From Toensbergia leucococca (lineage: Eukaryota): 64,000 bases of DNA. The DNA is taken from contig JALDZS010000072.1 of NCBI GenBank assembly GCA_022813965.1, forward strand, positions 1-64,000, written 5' to 3'. Both the position numbers and the translations under genes were made by a program. The notes under the pieces are model-generated. The model was not told where the DNA came from, did not search any database, and worked only from the letters and a program-made list of their open reading frames with translations. Shown here piece by piece: positions 16,388 to 30,559 of the stretch; position 1 is the first letter of the stretch, and the number at the start of each line of letters is the position of its first letter.

Positions 16388-16470
16388 TATCTCTTTCATC
16401 CTCTTTTATCTTCCTGTTTCACTTCATATCTTTTCACTCACCTAATTTCATCTTTCCGGCTTTGATTCCA
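16388..16470 (+). promoter_or_regulatory. Pyrimidine-rich (CT box) core promoter / 5'UTR tract of enolase, within the divergent RPT4-ENO1 intergenic region
   Basis: About 80 nt strongly C/T-rich immediately upstream of the 5'UTR intron donor; CT boxes are typical of highly expressed filamentous-fungal genes. Confidence 0.5.
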
Positions 16471-16611
16471 GGTCAGTCCTATCTTTCCATCGGAATCCTG
16501 CCGCGCTGCCCCTCCATACACTGAGTGCATTTACATCCTAACCCGGCTTCCCGTTGTGCGTTTTCTTTGGCAAACAGCTAGATGTCACCAATATCCTCAC
16601 TTAGCAATTGA

Positions 16612-18217
<1,606 letters not shown>

Positions 18218-18432
18218 ATGTTTTCGACTTCTAGGGTGAGACGTTTGCTATACCAACTCTGTCGTTTAAAGACAGTATGTCTTCTAGGAAATGAGCTATT
18301 CAATGCTAGCTGATAAGTGGATATAATGATACTTCAAACACGCGAATTAGCATCTCTGTAACATGTAATTACCTGCCACTTTTGAACATTCAACTTGATT
18401 TTCAAGAAACATAAGCATAACTATTGGACGTA

Positions 18433-18588
18433 CTCGTGGTAACCTACCTATGCGGCAAACCTACCTATGCGGCACTAAACCCCTTTCAGCTAGCAAGCCT
18501 CTAGCTCACGATCTAAAATATGACTCGCTAGCTGAAAGGGGCTTAGTGCCGCATAGGTAGGTTTGCCGCATAGGTAGGTTACCACGAG
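18433..18588. mobile_element. 156-bp MITE (non-autonomous Tc1/mariner-pogo-type) with 62-bp TIRs and TA target-site duplication
   Basis: 18433-18494 is the reverse complement of 18527-18588 with one mismatch. TA flanks at 18431-32 and 18589-90. Each TIR carries two copies of AACCTACCTATGCGGCA. Confidence 0.85.
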
Positions 18589-18924
18589 TATGACGTCTCG
18601 GGCTGAAGAAGGATGAAAGTAAAGAAAGTTGCTCTGCGGATAGGGTCAGGTTTCTTGGCTGCCCTGCCCTTAGCTTACCTGCCTCAAGGTAAGGTACTCG
18701 TAGGGTTGGGAGCACCACGTGCTTAGGATATTCTTGGGTGCTGATTGTGTGCATAATCTGTCATTCTAACGCACGTGGTCGCTTACCTTTGCTTTGTCGC
18801 GAAATTAACTGATTCTTTTCCGCTGCCCCACTTCACTTTTCATCTATCTAGTTCAGACTTTGTTTCTTCATTCACGCACCTACGTTCCATCTGAAGATCT
18901 CTGTTAATACTCACTTTTTGAAAT

Positions 18925-19978
18925 ATGGCACCAGCAAGGAGACCAGGTACGTTGTCTCTCAGGAGTACTTCAGAAGAGCACCACAAAACTCCTAAAGCCC
19001 TAAATCTGACGTGTTGTGAATATTTTGAAAAAAACAAATACTGACCAGTGGTGTCTATCGAACTGTTATAGTGTCCGATGACGAAGATGACAGTTCTTCT
19101 ACTCAGTCTTCACCCTTGGTGTCAGCCGCGATACCTAGACGATCCAAATTTGAGGATGAGGAAGAAGATAGCGATGTAAAGCTTCCTTCACCTGATTGCA
19201 TAGAAGAGCGCTGATGATCAACGAGGTACTCGATTCGTGGGACGCCGCCGAAGACTCGGATGCCGAGGCTGAGAAGGCTCAGAAAGCTGCGCAAGCCAAA
19301 GCCAAGGCAGAAGCCGAGGCCATCGCAAACAAGAAACCGAAGACACAAAGAATAAAAGAAAGACAGATACGAAAACAAATGGAGGAGGACGATGAGACGA
19401 GTAGTGAGGAAGAAGATGAGGCGGCTAAACGGGAACGACTACGCCATACGGAGCAGGATTCTGACCTCAAACATGCAGAGGATCTCTTTGGAAATATTGG
19501 TATCAACAAGAATCGTAGCGCTGCAAAGTCAGTGGTGGCAACAGATGCATCAGATCCAAGCAGCGCAATAGATCTCTCATCACTTCCGCTCTTCAATCCA
19601 TCAAGCAAGGACCAATTTCTTAAACTTCGCGAGACTCTCACACCAATATTGGCTGCCAGCTCAAAAAAGCCGCACTATATACTTTTCATGCAAGAATTCA
19701 CGAAGCAAATAGTCATGGATTTACCTAGCGATCAAATCAAGAAGATTGCTAGTGGACTTACTACGCTTTCTAATGAGAAGATGAAGGAAGAGAAAGCAGC
19801 AGACAAGGGAGGGAAGAAAACTAAAGCCGCGAAGACCAAGGCTACACTCGTAGCCAACAGAGATGCGAGCTCCAGGGCCGACACTACAAGCTATGGGGAA
19901 GAGCTAGACGAGTGAGTAGAACCCAAGTCTCTAAAGGTTCGATGTCTAACCCCTTGCAGCGGCGATGATTTCATGTGA
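18925..19978 (+). CDS. HCR1: Eukaryotic translation initiation factor 3 subunit J, 4 exons
   Basis: KFEDEEEDSDVLDSWDAAEDS, EQDSDLKHAEDLF, IKKIASGLTTLSNEKMKEEK, C-terminal DDFM* in a small last exon. Confidence 0.95.
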
Positions 19979-20766
19979 CCTTCAGCAATGCAAAGAAGCC
20001 CCAAAATCTCTGACAAGGCTTACACACCTTGTCACTCCCATCTTCAGACGAAATTCCGAGGCACTACCAGAGCCATGCCACGATGGCGTCCTAGAAGGAC
20101 CCTCGTGTTCCTGGTAGTCGATAGGGGTCTTTTCTATGTCTACATCGTTGTAGAAAGTTATCAAGAGCACTCTATGATTACCAATAACCGATAATTTCCT
20201 ATTATGCAATTACCTTGTTCGGAAAGGGTAGGGCGAAGGTGGAGTTGGGATTTTTAAGGGAGCGAGCGACTTGCGTGAATGCATTAGAGAAAGGGTTGCC
20301 CTGCTGTTCTAAATCGTGGACCAATTACTCGTACAAAAGGCATGAAGTGGCTGTATGAGAGTCCAAATTAGGTATTCATGCATCAACACGTTCGCCAAGG
20401 CTTTGGGTGATATCTTGTCTCTTCCTGACAATGGTTATATTTAGACGCACGTACGGAGTAGAAATGACACTCAAGACTTTTTGAGCGAGTGTAGTCACTG
20501 GAGCCGAGTTCTCTCGGACCCTAACGGCCCGTTCGATGTTTTCCAAAGTGAAATTATCGAGGCTCAGTGAAACTGGGGAGCGGCGTGTATCATGCCACTT
20601 GACATCCTCATCTCATTCTTTATGCTGCCGACCTCGATGCTCTCGAGAATCTACTTTCCCTTCCGTGCGTCACCTAGCTCACTTATACCTGAACCCGCTC
20701 CTTTTCACCCTCTTGCGCCGCGACGTATAGAGTGCGGATAACCTCTAGTATCGATCATTTCGACAC

Positions 20767-23404
20767 ATGCCCAAATCCAAGGCAGAGCTGCAGATTCAAA
20801 AAGCAAAGGTCAGTCTAGGTTCCCATATCTATCCACAAGATCCTGATTTACTGACTTGATGCGTGCACCCCAGCTTGCCAGTTCTTACCATGATTTATTG
20901 GAGTATGCCACTTCCAGGCGTGGGCCGCAAGATTTAGTCTGACAAAGACCAACAGAGAGTTTTCGTCGAAAGATTTACGCTCAGTTGGCAATTATACCTT
21001 GGGGCGTCTTATAGGCAAGGGGTCATTTGGGAAGGTCTACCTTGCGTCGCACCGGCTTACCAATGGCTCCAAAGTAAGTCTAAATCACTTGATATTAAGG
21101 AAAAGTTTTCATTTATGTTTCACCAGGTTGTGCTTAAATCCGCGCAAAAGGACGACTCCAACCTCGCGCGCGAGATCCATCACCATAGGCAGTTCTTGCA
21201 CCCGCATATTGCTCGCTTGTACGAAGTCATTGTCACGGAAAGCTTAGTCTGGCTTGTTCTAGAGTACTGTCCTGGTATGGCAAGAGCCTCGATTGCACTG
21301 CCAATTATACTGACACGTCTACGGTAGGGGATGAACTATACAACTACCTTCTCCACCATGGATCAATACCGCCGGAGAAGGTTCAAAAGATATTCACACA
21401 GCTCGTTGGAGCCGTTGCATACGTCCATAGTATGTCATGCGTTCATCGAGACTTGAAACTTGAAAATATATTGCTGGATAAGAACGAAAACGTTAAACTT
21501 TGTGATTTTGGATTCACTCGGGAATATGAAGGCAAAGCAAGCTATTTGCAGACTTTTTGTGGTACTGTCTGCTACAGCGCGCCGGAGATGCTGAAGGGGG
21601 AGAAATATGCTGGGGAAAAGGTAGACGTCTGGAGCCTGGGTATCATATTGTTCGCCTTGTTGACCGGAGAGCTCCCTTTCGATGAGGATGATGACCTGGC
21701 TACAAAGCATAAAATTCTCAAGAGCGAGCCCAAGTATCCAGAAACTCTTCCGAGTGATGCCAGGGCCCTCATCGACCAGTTACTATCTAAGAGGCCACTT
21801 CATCGCCCCACAATCGCGGACATCCTTACCAATCCGTTTTTGGCAGGACACGCACCCCAGCAGCAAGCCATATTAAAATTGACGCAACCGGCGCCATTCA
21901 CTACGCGATTGGAAAAGGAGACGTTGGAGCGAATGCGCAGTGCTGGGGTTGACATCGACAAGGTCATTGAGAATGTCCTAGCGCAACGCTGCGATTGTTT
22001 GGCGGGCTGGTGGGCTTTGCTTATTGAAAAAGAGGAACGTAAAGAAAAAAGAAGAGAGCGGAAGCGTAAAGAGAGGGAAGCAGAGGCCAAAAACCTCCGA
22101 AGACTCAGTGCTGTCAGCATGCGCCTCGATAATGCCGCGTCAAGCCTAAAAGAAATAGATGAAGAGAGACTCTCGCCATTGCTAGCTGATGCGCCGCGAA
22201 GTAGAGGCAGGCGGGATAGGCGAAGTTTACCCAGTCGTGAGTTAGACAGAGGGAAGTAATACCACGCAACTCTAATACTTCTGCAGCTCAAATCGTCGTA
22301 CCTGAACTTCCTCGCCTACCGGAAGGTACTGCTGTTGAATCCCCAAGATCTGCTACTCCCCCACCCCCAATTGAAAAAGACTCCATAAGATCCGCTAGCT
22401 CATCTCGCCAACGACCGCCCCTTCCGCCAAAAGAACGAAGAAGATCGAGAGGTAGCACTCTTCAACTAGTAGCATCAAATCCAGACCTGTTTGCCCCAGC
22501 ACATGGCTTTTCGAAACGGCGATCAGTACGACGGCATAACCACACTTTCATGAACCAACTAGCTTCCATCAAACATTGGTTCATTGAATCGGCGAAGAGA
22601 GCTAGATCGCCCGGATCCAAGAGCGATGCTTCCACCCTCAAGCCGCCCCAAGAAAAGAGTCCAGTGGAGTCCCGGCGTTCACCTACCAATACCGTCCCGC
22701 ACCGTGGCTCCGGAATAACCATCTTGCCCAGCCAGAATCCCCGCAGCTCCCTAACCCCTCGACCACGTATATCAACCCCTAACCATCGGCCTTCTTTATC
22801 GCCTGCGCCTCTGACACCCCACTCCTATCGCCGCTCGTCTGCCGGTCTCCGCGGCCGCAAATCCACCTCCTCATCCATCTCCTCCATCCGCAGCATCCAC
22901 CATGTCCATAGCCATTCCAAAGCCTCCTCCACATCCTCAACCTCAAACTCCGTCAATTCCTCCGCCGTCAACGTCCGACCCATTCGCTCTCCTCACAGTT
23001 CCGTCAAGGTCCTCCCGGCCACCCCTATCATCTCCACCTTCCCCTCCAACATCCGCGTCGTCCGCGCTGCCCCCGCCCCCATCAACACAATCTACAACGA
23101 ATCCGCCACCTTTGGCACCATGGCTTCTCCCAGTCTCATCTTCGCCCGACGGAAAAAGACGCCCTTCCGTGGCCCAAACCTCACTGTCGGTACGGGCGGT
23201 AGTCCTGCCGGCAGAGGTAGGGAACGAAGTGCTTCCGCCGCTGGCAGACGCAGCGCTGAGATTATCCAACCGGTGCAAGAGGAAGATGAAGATGAGGTTG
23301 AGGAGGTCGAAGCCTTTAGCCCTGTGGCTGCGGAGGTGGAGGAAACGATTTGGGAGGGCGGTGAGGGGGTGAAGAAGGGGTGGTTTGATTATACGGTTCA
23401 GTGA
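20767..23404 (+). CDS. CAMK/CAMKL-group Ser/Thr protein kinase (ppk16-like) with a long Ser/Arg-rich tail, multi-exon
   Basis: IGKGSFGKVY, HRDLKLEN, DFG, CGTVCYSAPE, DVWSLG. Two small 5' exons (MPKSKAELQIQKAK; LASSYHDLLE) join in frame. Confidence 0.92.
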
Positions 23405-24333
23405 ATTTTCTTATTGTCAACGGGGGAGGAATTGTTCGATTCCTGCACTTCATGGTGTTTTTGGATGCAGTTTTTTTGTACGGCTTTTGATATGTTTTGT
23501 TTATAGATGGATTGGAACCGTTTTTTTTTCTTTCTCTTTTTCTTTTCCATCATTGTAGTACTTGGGATATTGGGGTCACTTTCATGTGGCGGTGTAGGCT
23601 TTTTTTGTTCCTCTTCTTCATTTCTTTTGGCGCTCTACGAATGTGTACAAGTGGTGTGCGTGGCTTCAAGCGTGCCGGCCTTGAATGGTTATATAGCTCT
23701 CTGTGTGGAAATGTCTGATATTGTCTTCACCCGGTGTGATTGTGAGTTGGACGCTTGAATCAGAGGGACGGAGAATAACCGATGTAGACGTTTTCTGATA
23801 CTAGGCTGGCTCAAGAAAACTACTTGGTAATCCGTAGGCTGTGAAAGCATACGCTCGCTGTGTTACTTCTCATATCTCATTACTACCTATCCAGAACATC
23901 ATGGCGCACGCATCAACTCTCAAGGATTACCTGTCCATACAAAGCGAGGAGAAAACAAGCGTAAGCTATCATTTATGTTCCATTTACGAAGCGATATCAC
24001 GCCATGCCAGCTACTAGACACAGCTTCCACAGCTTTTTTCCGATGTCCCTCTCTTCGCTACTTGCAAGCAGCTCTTTAAGCCTTGGCAATCTCCACCCCC
24101 CAACCCTGTTTCGAACATTGCAAGTACCTTTTGCCGGCAAAAGTCATACCATTACAAAACGCCGAAGGAAAGAAGCTCCTCTGCAATATTTGACGTACAT
24201 CACCCCCAAATCCTTCCAAAGCTCTGCAATAGCAAGGCTGGTAGCTGTAGTGCATCTCCCTGTACAAATACTTCCTCGTAAGTATGCACAACCCACATCA
24301 TAATTTCTATATGCCACCAAAGACATGAGTAGT

Positions 24334-27300
24334 CTAGGAGCCACGGAACAAGAACTGCATATCCTCCGGGGTGAGTTTTTCCATGGCAACCTGGTCATTG
24401 TTGATGGTTCCGTTAATCATGTTGGCTTTCTTCTCTTGCAACATGACCATACGCGACTCGACCGAATCCTCGATACAAAGGCGCGTGATGACGCAAGGGC
24501 GTTTCTGACCAATGCGGTGACAGCGGTCTGCTGACTGCCATTCTGCTGCTGGGTTCCACCATCTGTATGAAGTATGTTAGCAAAGCACAGAAATCTGGCT
24601 TATCGAGGGTAGTAAAGACTTACGGATCAATAATGAAGACACGAGAGGCTTCGGTGAGGTTCAAAGCGACGCCTCCGGCCTTTAGAGAGACTAAGAAAAC
24701 CTCTACGTTGGTGTTCTGCATAAAATATTCGATGGATTTCTGGCGTTGAGAGGGGCTCATGCTGCCATCGAGCATGACGGTGTTGAAGCCCGCGCGGCGG
24801 AGCCGCCATTCCACGAGCTGTAGCATGGACGTGAATTGTGAGAAGACGATAGATTTATGGGTCCCTTTTGAACTCCTCAGCTTATACAGATCATAGACCA
24901 ACATTTCAATCTTAGTGGACGAGGTCCAGTCTTCCATCTTGATGCGGTTGATAATCGAGCTTCGCTTGACATGATCCTCATCCTGTTCAATATCAGGCTG
25001 ATCGAAATCGATGGCCAGAGGAATATGGCAACGTGGGCAATCCGGATCACCACCTGCTTCAGCTTCAAATGACCGCACGTAATCCTTGGCACATTTGCGA
25101 CAGAATTCGTGATGGCAGCGTGATCGGATTGGTTCCTCGGCGGTTTCGTCGCAAATACAGCAGACCAGGACATTCTGTCCACCTTCGGCATGCTTCTTGA
25201 GAATTAGGTCCGGGTGGTTGGCAACTTGACGCATCTGCATAATGAGACCAAAGATGTTGGCGTAGTTGTTAAGCATGACACCACGGCTCACGTAGGTATC
25301 GAATTGCCGATTGGTATTTGACATGATACTGGACGAGAAGTCTCGTTCCATGTCTCCAAAGAACTCGTTATGGATGATGACTTCCTTTGGAGGTAATTCC
25401 ATGGATGCTGTATGATCACGTTTCATACGTCTTAACATGATGCGGTCGGTGATGAGGCGAAGCTTGCCAAGGGCTTCCTTGCGTAACTCGGGATCTTCTC
25501 CTTGAGTAATGGGGTTCAGGAGTTCTTGGTTGAAGATCGAGACATGGCTGAAACCGCTATGATTACAGTGTGTGCATTTCTTTTCAGTAGACTGGGCCCA
25601 ATGGAGCTCTGCGCAAGCACATTGCTTGCAGAAGTAGCAAGCAAATGGCTTCACCTGTAAGAATCGGAGAAGAGAGAAAAACTCCCCAATGCGGTTCTGG
25701 ACCGGTGTACCAGAGAGGCACCATTTATAATCTGCGTTGAGGGCGAAGCAAGCTTTGGCAACACCTGCAGTCCGAGACTTGATGTTGTGAGCTTCATCTA
25801 AAATCAGGCGGTGGTACTTGATTGCATGAATAAGACTGTCCTCTTTGACAATACCATCATCGCGTTTCCAACCCTTGGACTCCTTACGATAGATTGATTC
25901 CAGTCCAGAATACGATATCATGATGACATCGTAGGTCTGGAGATCCTTCTTCTTCAGAGTCTTGACTTTCGGATTGGTGTTGTGGTAGACAAGAACTTTC
26001 AACTTCCCATCGGTATACTCTTTGATCTCATTCTGCCACTGCATGAGAGCTACTGGAGGCACAACCACCAACGTCGGTGTCTTTGCGGGGTAGTCAGACA
26101 TGATGAGGGAGACGGCTTGAATAGTCTTGCCCATTCCCATTTCGTCACCCAGTAACCCTCCTTTCCACTGCGTCTTTTCTTGTTTCGTCATCCAGTCCAG
26201 TCCCTCAAGCTGGAAAGACTTCAGCTGGCGGGTAATCGCTTGAGGTTGTGCCGCCGGTGCAGGAATAATCAAGGGGATGTCTTTTAGTGTGGTCCACATT
26301 GTCTTGATCCCAGGGTGTGCATGTTCAAGCTTCAGACGTTCTTTGGCAGCCTAAACACTGTTATCATCTGCGTTGAAGTTTTCGAAATCAGACCTACCCG
26401 TGAAGACCAATGTGTCCTAGCAAGCCGTGCAGATCTTGCGTCTAAAGTGGTCGTCGCTGGACGGGTTGCTCTACCTCGGCGACGAGTAGCTTCTCGTCTA
26501 TTCAACCCAGGTGCCGAAGGCTGCGTGGATGATGCCCCAGCGATGTCATGACCTGTGACAGAATCGATTTCATCGAACTCAGAAGCAGCGGAATCAAGGT
26601 CTAGAGAGTCCAAATCGGACGAGAACAAGGAATCATCAAGATCTTCAGAGTCCATGACTTCTAGAGAGGCTTTTTCTGCAATAGATTTTCTTGCACTGTC
26701 ACGAGCAGCTCGACTCGGCAACGATACTCTGCTCTGGTCGACGGAGTACCCCTTACTTGGTTTCTTGCGTCTCGAGCTTGCGATTTTTGAGGCAGGGACA
26801 TTGCTCAGTGCGAAACCTGCATCATCAGATCCTAGGTTTGCAGTGCTTTTCGATTGAATTTTGAAGCCACCCATTCTGGTTCTCTTACTTCTCTGATGAC
26901 TAGTCTCAATCTCGTCTTCCTGAATTGAAACATGGTCAGATAATTCAGATAAGCCGACACTGTCGTCTTCAGAGTCGTCGACAAAGTTCCTCCGGATGTT
27001 TAAAGCCTTGGTACGTTGTTTTCCATCTGATTCACCATACTCTTCCATTTGCATAGTCTGTGCGAGGCGAGCGTCCGAGTCCATCATGTCGTCTTCAACC
27101 GTTCGCTTTCGTTTGCCCTTGCTCTCGGTCTGAGTCATCGGATCAAAGACGACCTTACCCTGCTTTCTTGACATGGGTTCAGCTGGAGTTACAGCTACAC
27201 TTGTACCAGGAGTGTCGTATTCACTGGACGGATCGCGCACACTTGATAGAGCTGAAAGAGTTGACGATGGAGTCTGCGAAGGAAGTCGTCCTGCAAATCG

Positions 27301-27447
27301 ATCGGGGACTTTGAAATTAGCGGTGGCGGGAACGGCCACTTCTTTCATGATCATCTTGGTTGACAGGTCTTTTGTTGTACGTTTTGATGACAGAGAGCGG
27401 CTAGATGTGCTCCCTGGACCGCCCTCATTCTTGAGGTTTCGACCCAT
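24334..27447 (-). CDS. RAD16: DNA repair protein Rad16 (SNF2 ATPase with RING finger), 3 exons
   Basis: [24 protein letters not shown]3HC4 RING (CCICDE...CHHEFCRKC...CPRC), [35 protein letters not shown]-terminus [10 protein letters not shown]. Confidence 0.97.
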
Positions 27448-27863
27448 GATTTAATACGCCCAATGTAAAAGAAAGACAAAGCCTTGGTGAGGCTGGAGGG
27501 CTGACGGAAGAACGATTCACTCTGAAAGAATCAGCGACTTGGTTCTTGTGATGAGCGATGCTCAAGCAGACAGCTCTAGTCAAGTGAAGAAGCCGAAGTT
27601 GAGAATAGGAGAAAAGCGATAGACGGCTTTGAGGAAGCTGTCATACACTAGCGTAAATTGATCTCGAGTATCGCGCTTTGCATGATCTAGGAGGAATCAG
27701 CGCCGGGAAGCAATCCTAGTAGAGTATTGGGGCATAGAAGGACAAAAAAGTGTTGACTGTAGAATGGATGTAACACTTGATTGGCACTTAACACTCAATG
27801 ATACTGTTATGCCGTCGGAAGACTCCTAGAATCGAGGAATACAGCATTCGCCACCCACTTTGT

Positions 27864-27883
27864 CGCGAAACGCCTCAACGCGT
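27864..27883. promoter_or_regulatory. Adjacent SCB-like (CGCGAAA) and MCB (ACGCGT) elements in the RAD16/RAD7 bidirectional promoter
   Basis: CGCGAAA at 27864-27870 and ACGCGT at 27878-27883; motif match only. Confidence 0.45.
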
Positions 27884-28031
27884 GCCATCGCGAGATGCCG
27901 CCACGCCGCATAATCGTACTACCGGCCCGGGCAGCTTCACATCTTCCTTGTCAATTCCTCCATGCTCCGTAGTCCGTCTTTTAGATCCTATTCTGTAGTA
28001 TCTGCAACAACTCTGTCTTGAAGCGGTCACA

Positions 28032-30081
28032 ATGTATGTTGAGCTGCTGTAGCCGTGATATATTCGATCTAATTGATACTAGGGCGGGAAGACGAGCAGC
28101 CAGCAATCGCATCAGGGGCCCGTACGTCTTGACACTCTGCTTGCCATATGTCATATGCTAATGATAGCCGTTACCTCAAAGACAGTCTGCCTTGACTGAT
28201 TTTCTTGCGGTGAGCATTGCTTTCAAAAACCCGTCATCGCAGCATTCTAATTCCCTCTAGTCCAATAATATCTCTGCTGCTCAGATCCGCGTTGACTATC
28301 AGCGTCGTCAAACAGAGGCTCAAGCACAGGCTAGACAAGACGGAGGCGTAGGTGAAGAGGAAGAGGAAGAGAAAGAGAAAGATGAAGCACGAGAAGAGAC
28401 GCCCGCGCAGAAGAAAAAGAGGAAGCGACAGGAGCAAGTTGCCTTGACTAAGATTAAAGACAGCAAAAATTTCAAGCGGCAAAAACGGGCTAAGGAGGGT
28501 GAGCCGGACGAGGATGAAGACGGAATCGCTTGGGACATGTACACGAAATCCAAACCGCTACCAGGTCAGCTAGAGAACTGTGAGCTTTGTGAAAAACGCT
28601 TCACCGTCACAGCTTACAGCAAGACCGGTCCTCACGGTGGATTACTGTGTACGAAGTGTTCCAAAGAGCAGGAAGCCGAGACAAAGAAGGACAACAAGAA
28701 GAAGAAGCCTGCCATGGCTCGAGAACTACGACGGCAGGTCCAGAGCAAACTACTGGACGGTATCGTACAGAAAGGGGCCAAATCTTTGCAAGCATTGTGT
28801 GTCGAAGTAGGTGATGTCTTATGACTCAGGTGTATCGAAACTGATCACGGAACAGAAAATCATAGACAACATCCAAGACGTTGAAGAGTTCGGTGATCTA
28901 CCCCTCGCTTTAATGGATGAAATGAGCAGACTTATGTCCAGGAGGCGTATACTCACCTCTAAGACTCTTGACTTGCTCCTTCGACCTGATCACGATAAGA
29001 TAGCTCTTTATGATTGCGGCAGTAGGTCTACAAATAGCCTCGATCTTTTCGATGTAAATATTGATTATGAACAGAGCTCGAAGTGGATGACTTCATAAAG
29101 ATATTCTCCGTTGTCCCTGGCGTACAGAACCTGGATCTACGAAGCGCTGGTCAGTTCAAGGACCAAGTGATCGACTACATTATTGAGCGCGACGTTCCTC
29201 TCAAGCGCTTGCGCCTCGAAGCAGCTAATCTGGTTAAGGACGAAAAATGGCGCGAACTCTTTGGTGCTTGTGGCCAACGTCTCGAGGCCCTTACGTTGAC
29301 TTGGTTGGACTACGAATTTAGCAACGAGACATTTGACCTCCTGGTCCAGAGATGTCCCAATCTCAAACGCCTCAAGATGAAGAAGTGCTTTAGACTTGAC
29401 GAATCAGCCCTTGAAGCTTTGTGTATGCTAAATAAGCTCGAGCATCTTTCTCTTCGTTTGAAGCTGCCGGTTCCGACCTCCTCCATTACCAACCTCATCA
29501 CCTCGGTCGGAAGAAACCTTCGTACTCTATCACTAGAAGCTTTCTACGACGCCGATGACACCGTGCTTGAGGCCATTCACTCCGATTGTACGCACTTAAG
29601 TAAGCTACGCTTTTGCGACAACAATGCTTGCACAGACGTCGGTTTCACCTCCCTCTTCACTAACTGGCTCAATCCACCGCTGTCCTCCATCTACCTCGAA
29701 GGTTGCCGCGACCTCGACTGTACCAATCCCGATGGCCCCGATGAATCAATCGGTCTTGCGTCGGCCGGGTTTCAAGCTCTCATGACTCATTCAGGTTCAC
29801 GTCTCGAGCGCTTAGACATAAGTTCCAACCGACACATTACATATGAAACCTTGTCCGAAGTATTTGATGGCGTTAAGCAATATCCGTACCTCAAGGAAAT
29901 CAACATCACTTCTTTGACAAGAGTCGATACTGCGATTGTGGCAGGGATATTCAGAAGTTGTCCTGCGATGAAGAAGGTGGTGGCATTCGGATGTTTCCTT
30001 ATCAAGGATGTGGTGGTTCCGCCTGGAGTGGCACTCATTGGGGCGCCGGATGCACAGTACGAGCTAGTTCAAGAAGGCTAG
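28032..30081 (+). CDS. RAD7: DNA repair protein Rad7 (leucine-rich repeat protein), multi-exon with 5' micro-exons
   Basis: Spliced N-terminus MAGRRAASNRIRGPQSALTDFLASNNISAAQI, GQLENCELCEKRFTVTAY..LLC..C, BC-box-like KSLQALCVE, and RNI-like LRRs. Confidence 0.92.
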
Positions 30082-30559
30082 GAAGTTGGCGTGCGTTTGC
30101 TTTGACCACAACAACGAGCGATTGTTGTCATTTACGGCGGTCGTATGATTGACGAAGCAACGGTTCACTGCTGGGGAAACATTGGCAGCATCTTCGATGT
30201 TCCCAATAGTCTTTCACACTCTTGTCATTTCCACACCTGTAGCACGGCGTCTACGGAGATTGTGGTGGATGGAGCTCAGAAAAAAGGCATTTCTGTCCAA
30301 TACATAGCTTATGTAGCATATTCAATCCGAAGAGAAAAATCTGCTTGTACAGCACATTGCGCCGTGTGCGGTTGCAAAGGTCATGACTATGATGCCTGCC
30401 TACTGCCTAACAAGTCTATTCCAGGCTGACTCTAATGGGGCGCTTTACTCAAATTCATTTCAGCAATGCTGTTTCCTTGATATGTAGTACATTCACCTGA
30501 ACGCCTTCGCCTCCTGTCCACATCCAAGTCATCCCAAATAATACAAGGTCATCTTACTT

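Noticed and set aside
18443..18474. Repeated AACCTACCTATGCGGCA as a CRISPR-like array
   Set aside because: No spacers and a eukaryotic context; these are subrepeats of the MITE TIRs.
21800..23372. Long antisense and alternative-frame ORFs over the kinase gene, and similar ones over other genes
   Set aside because: Shadow ORFs explained by codon bias of the real coding strand.
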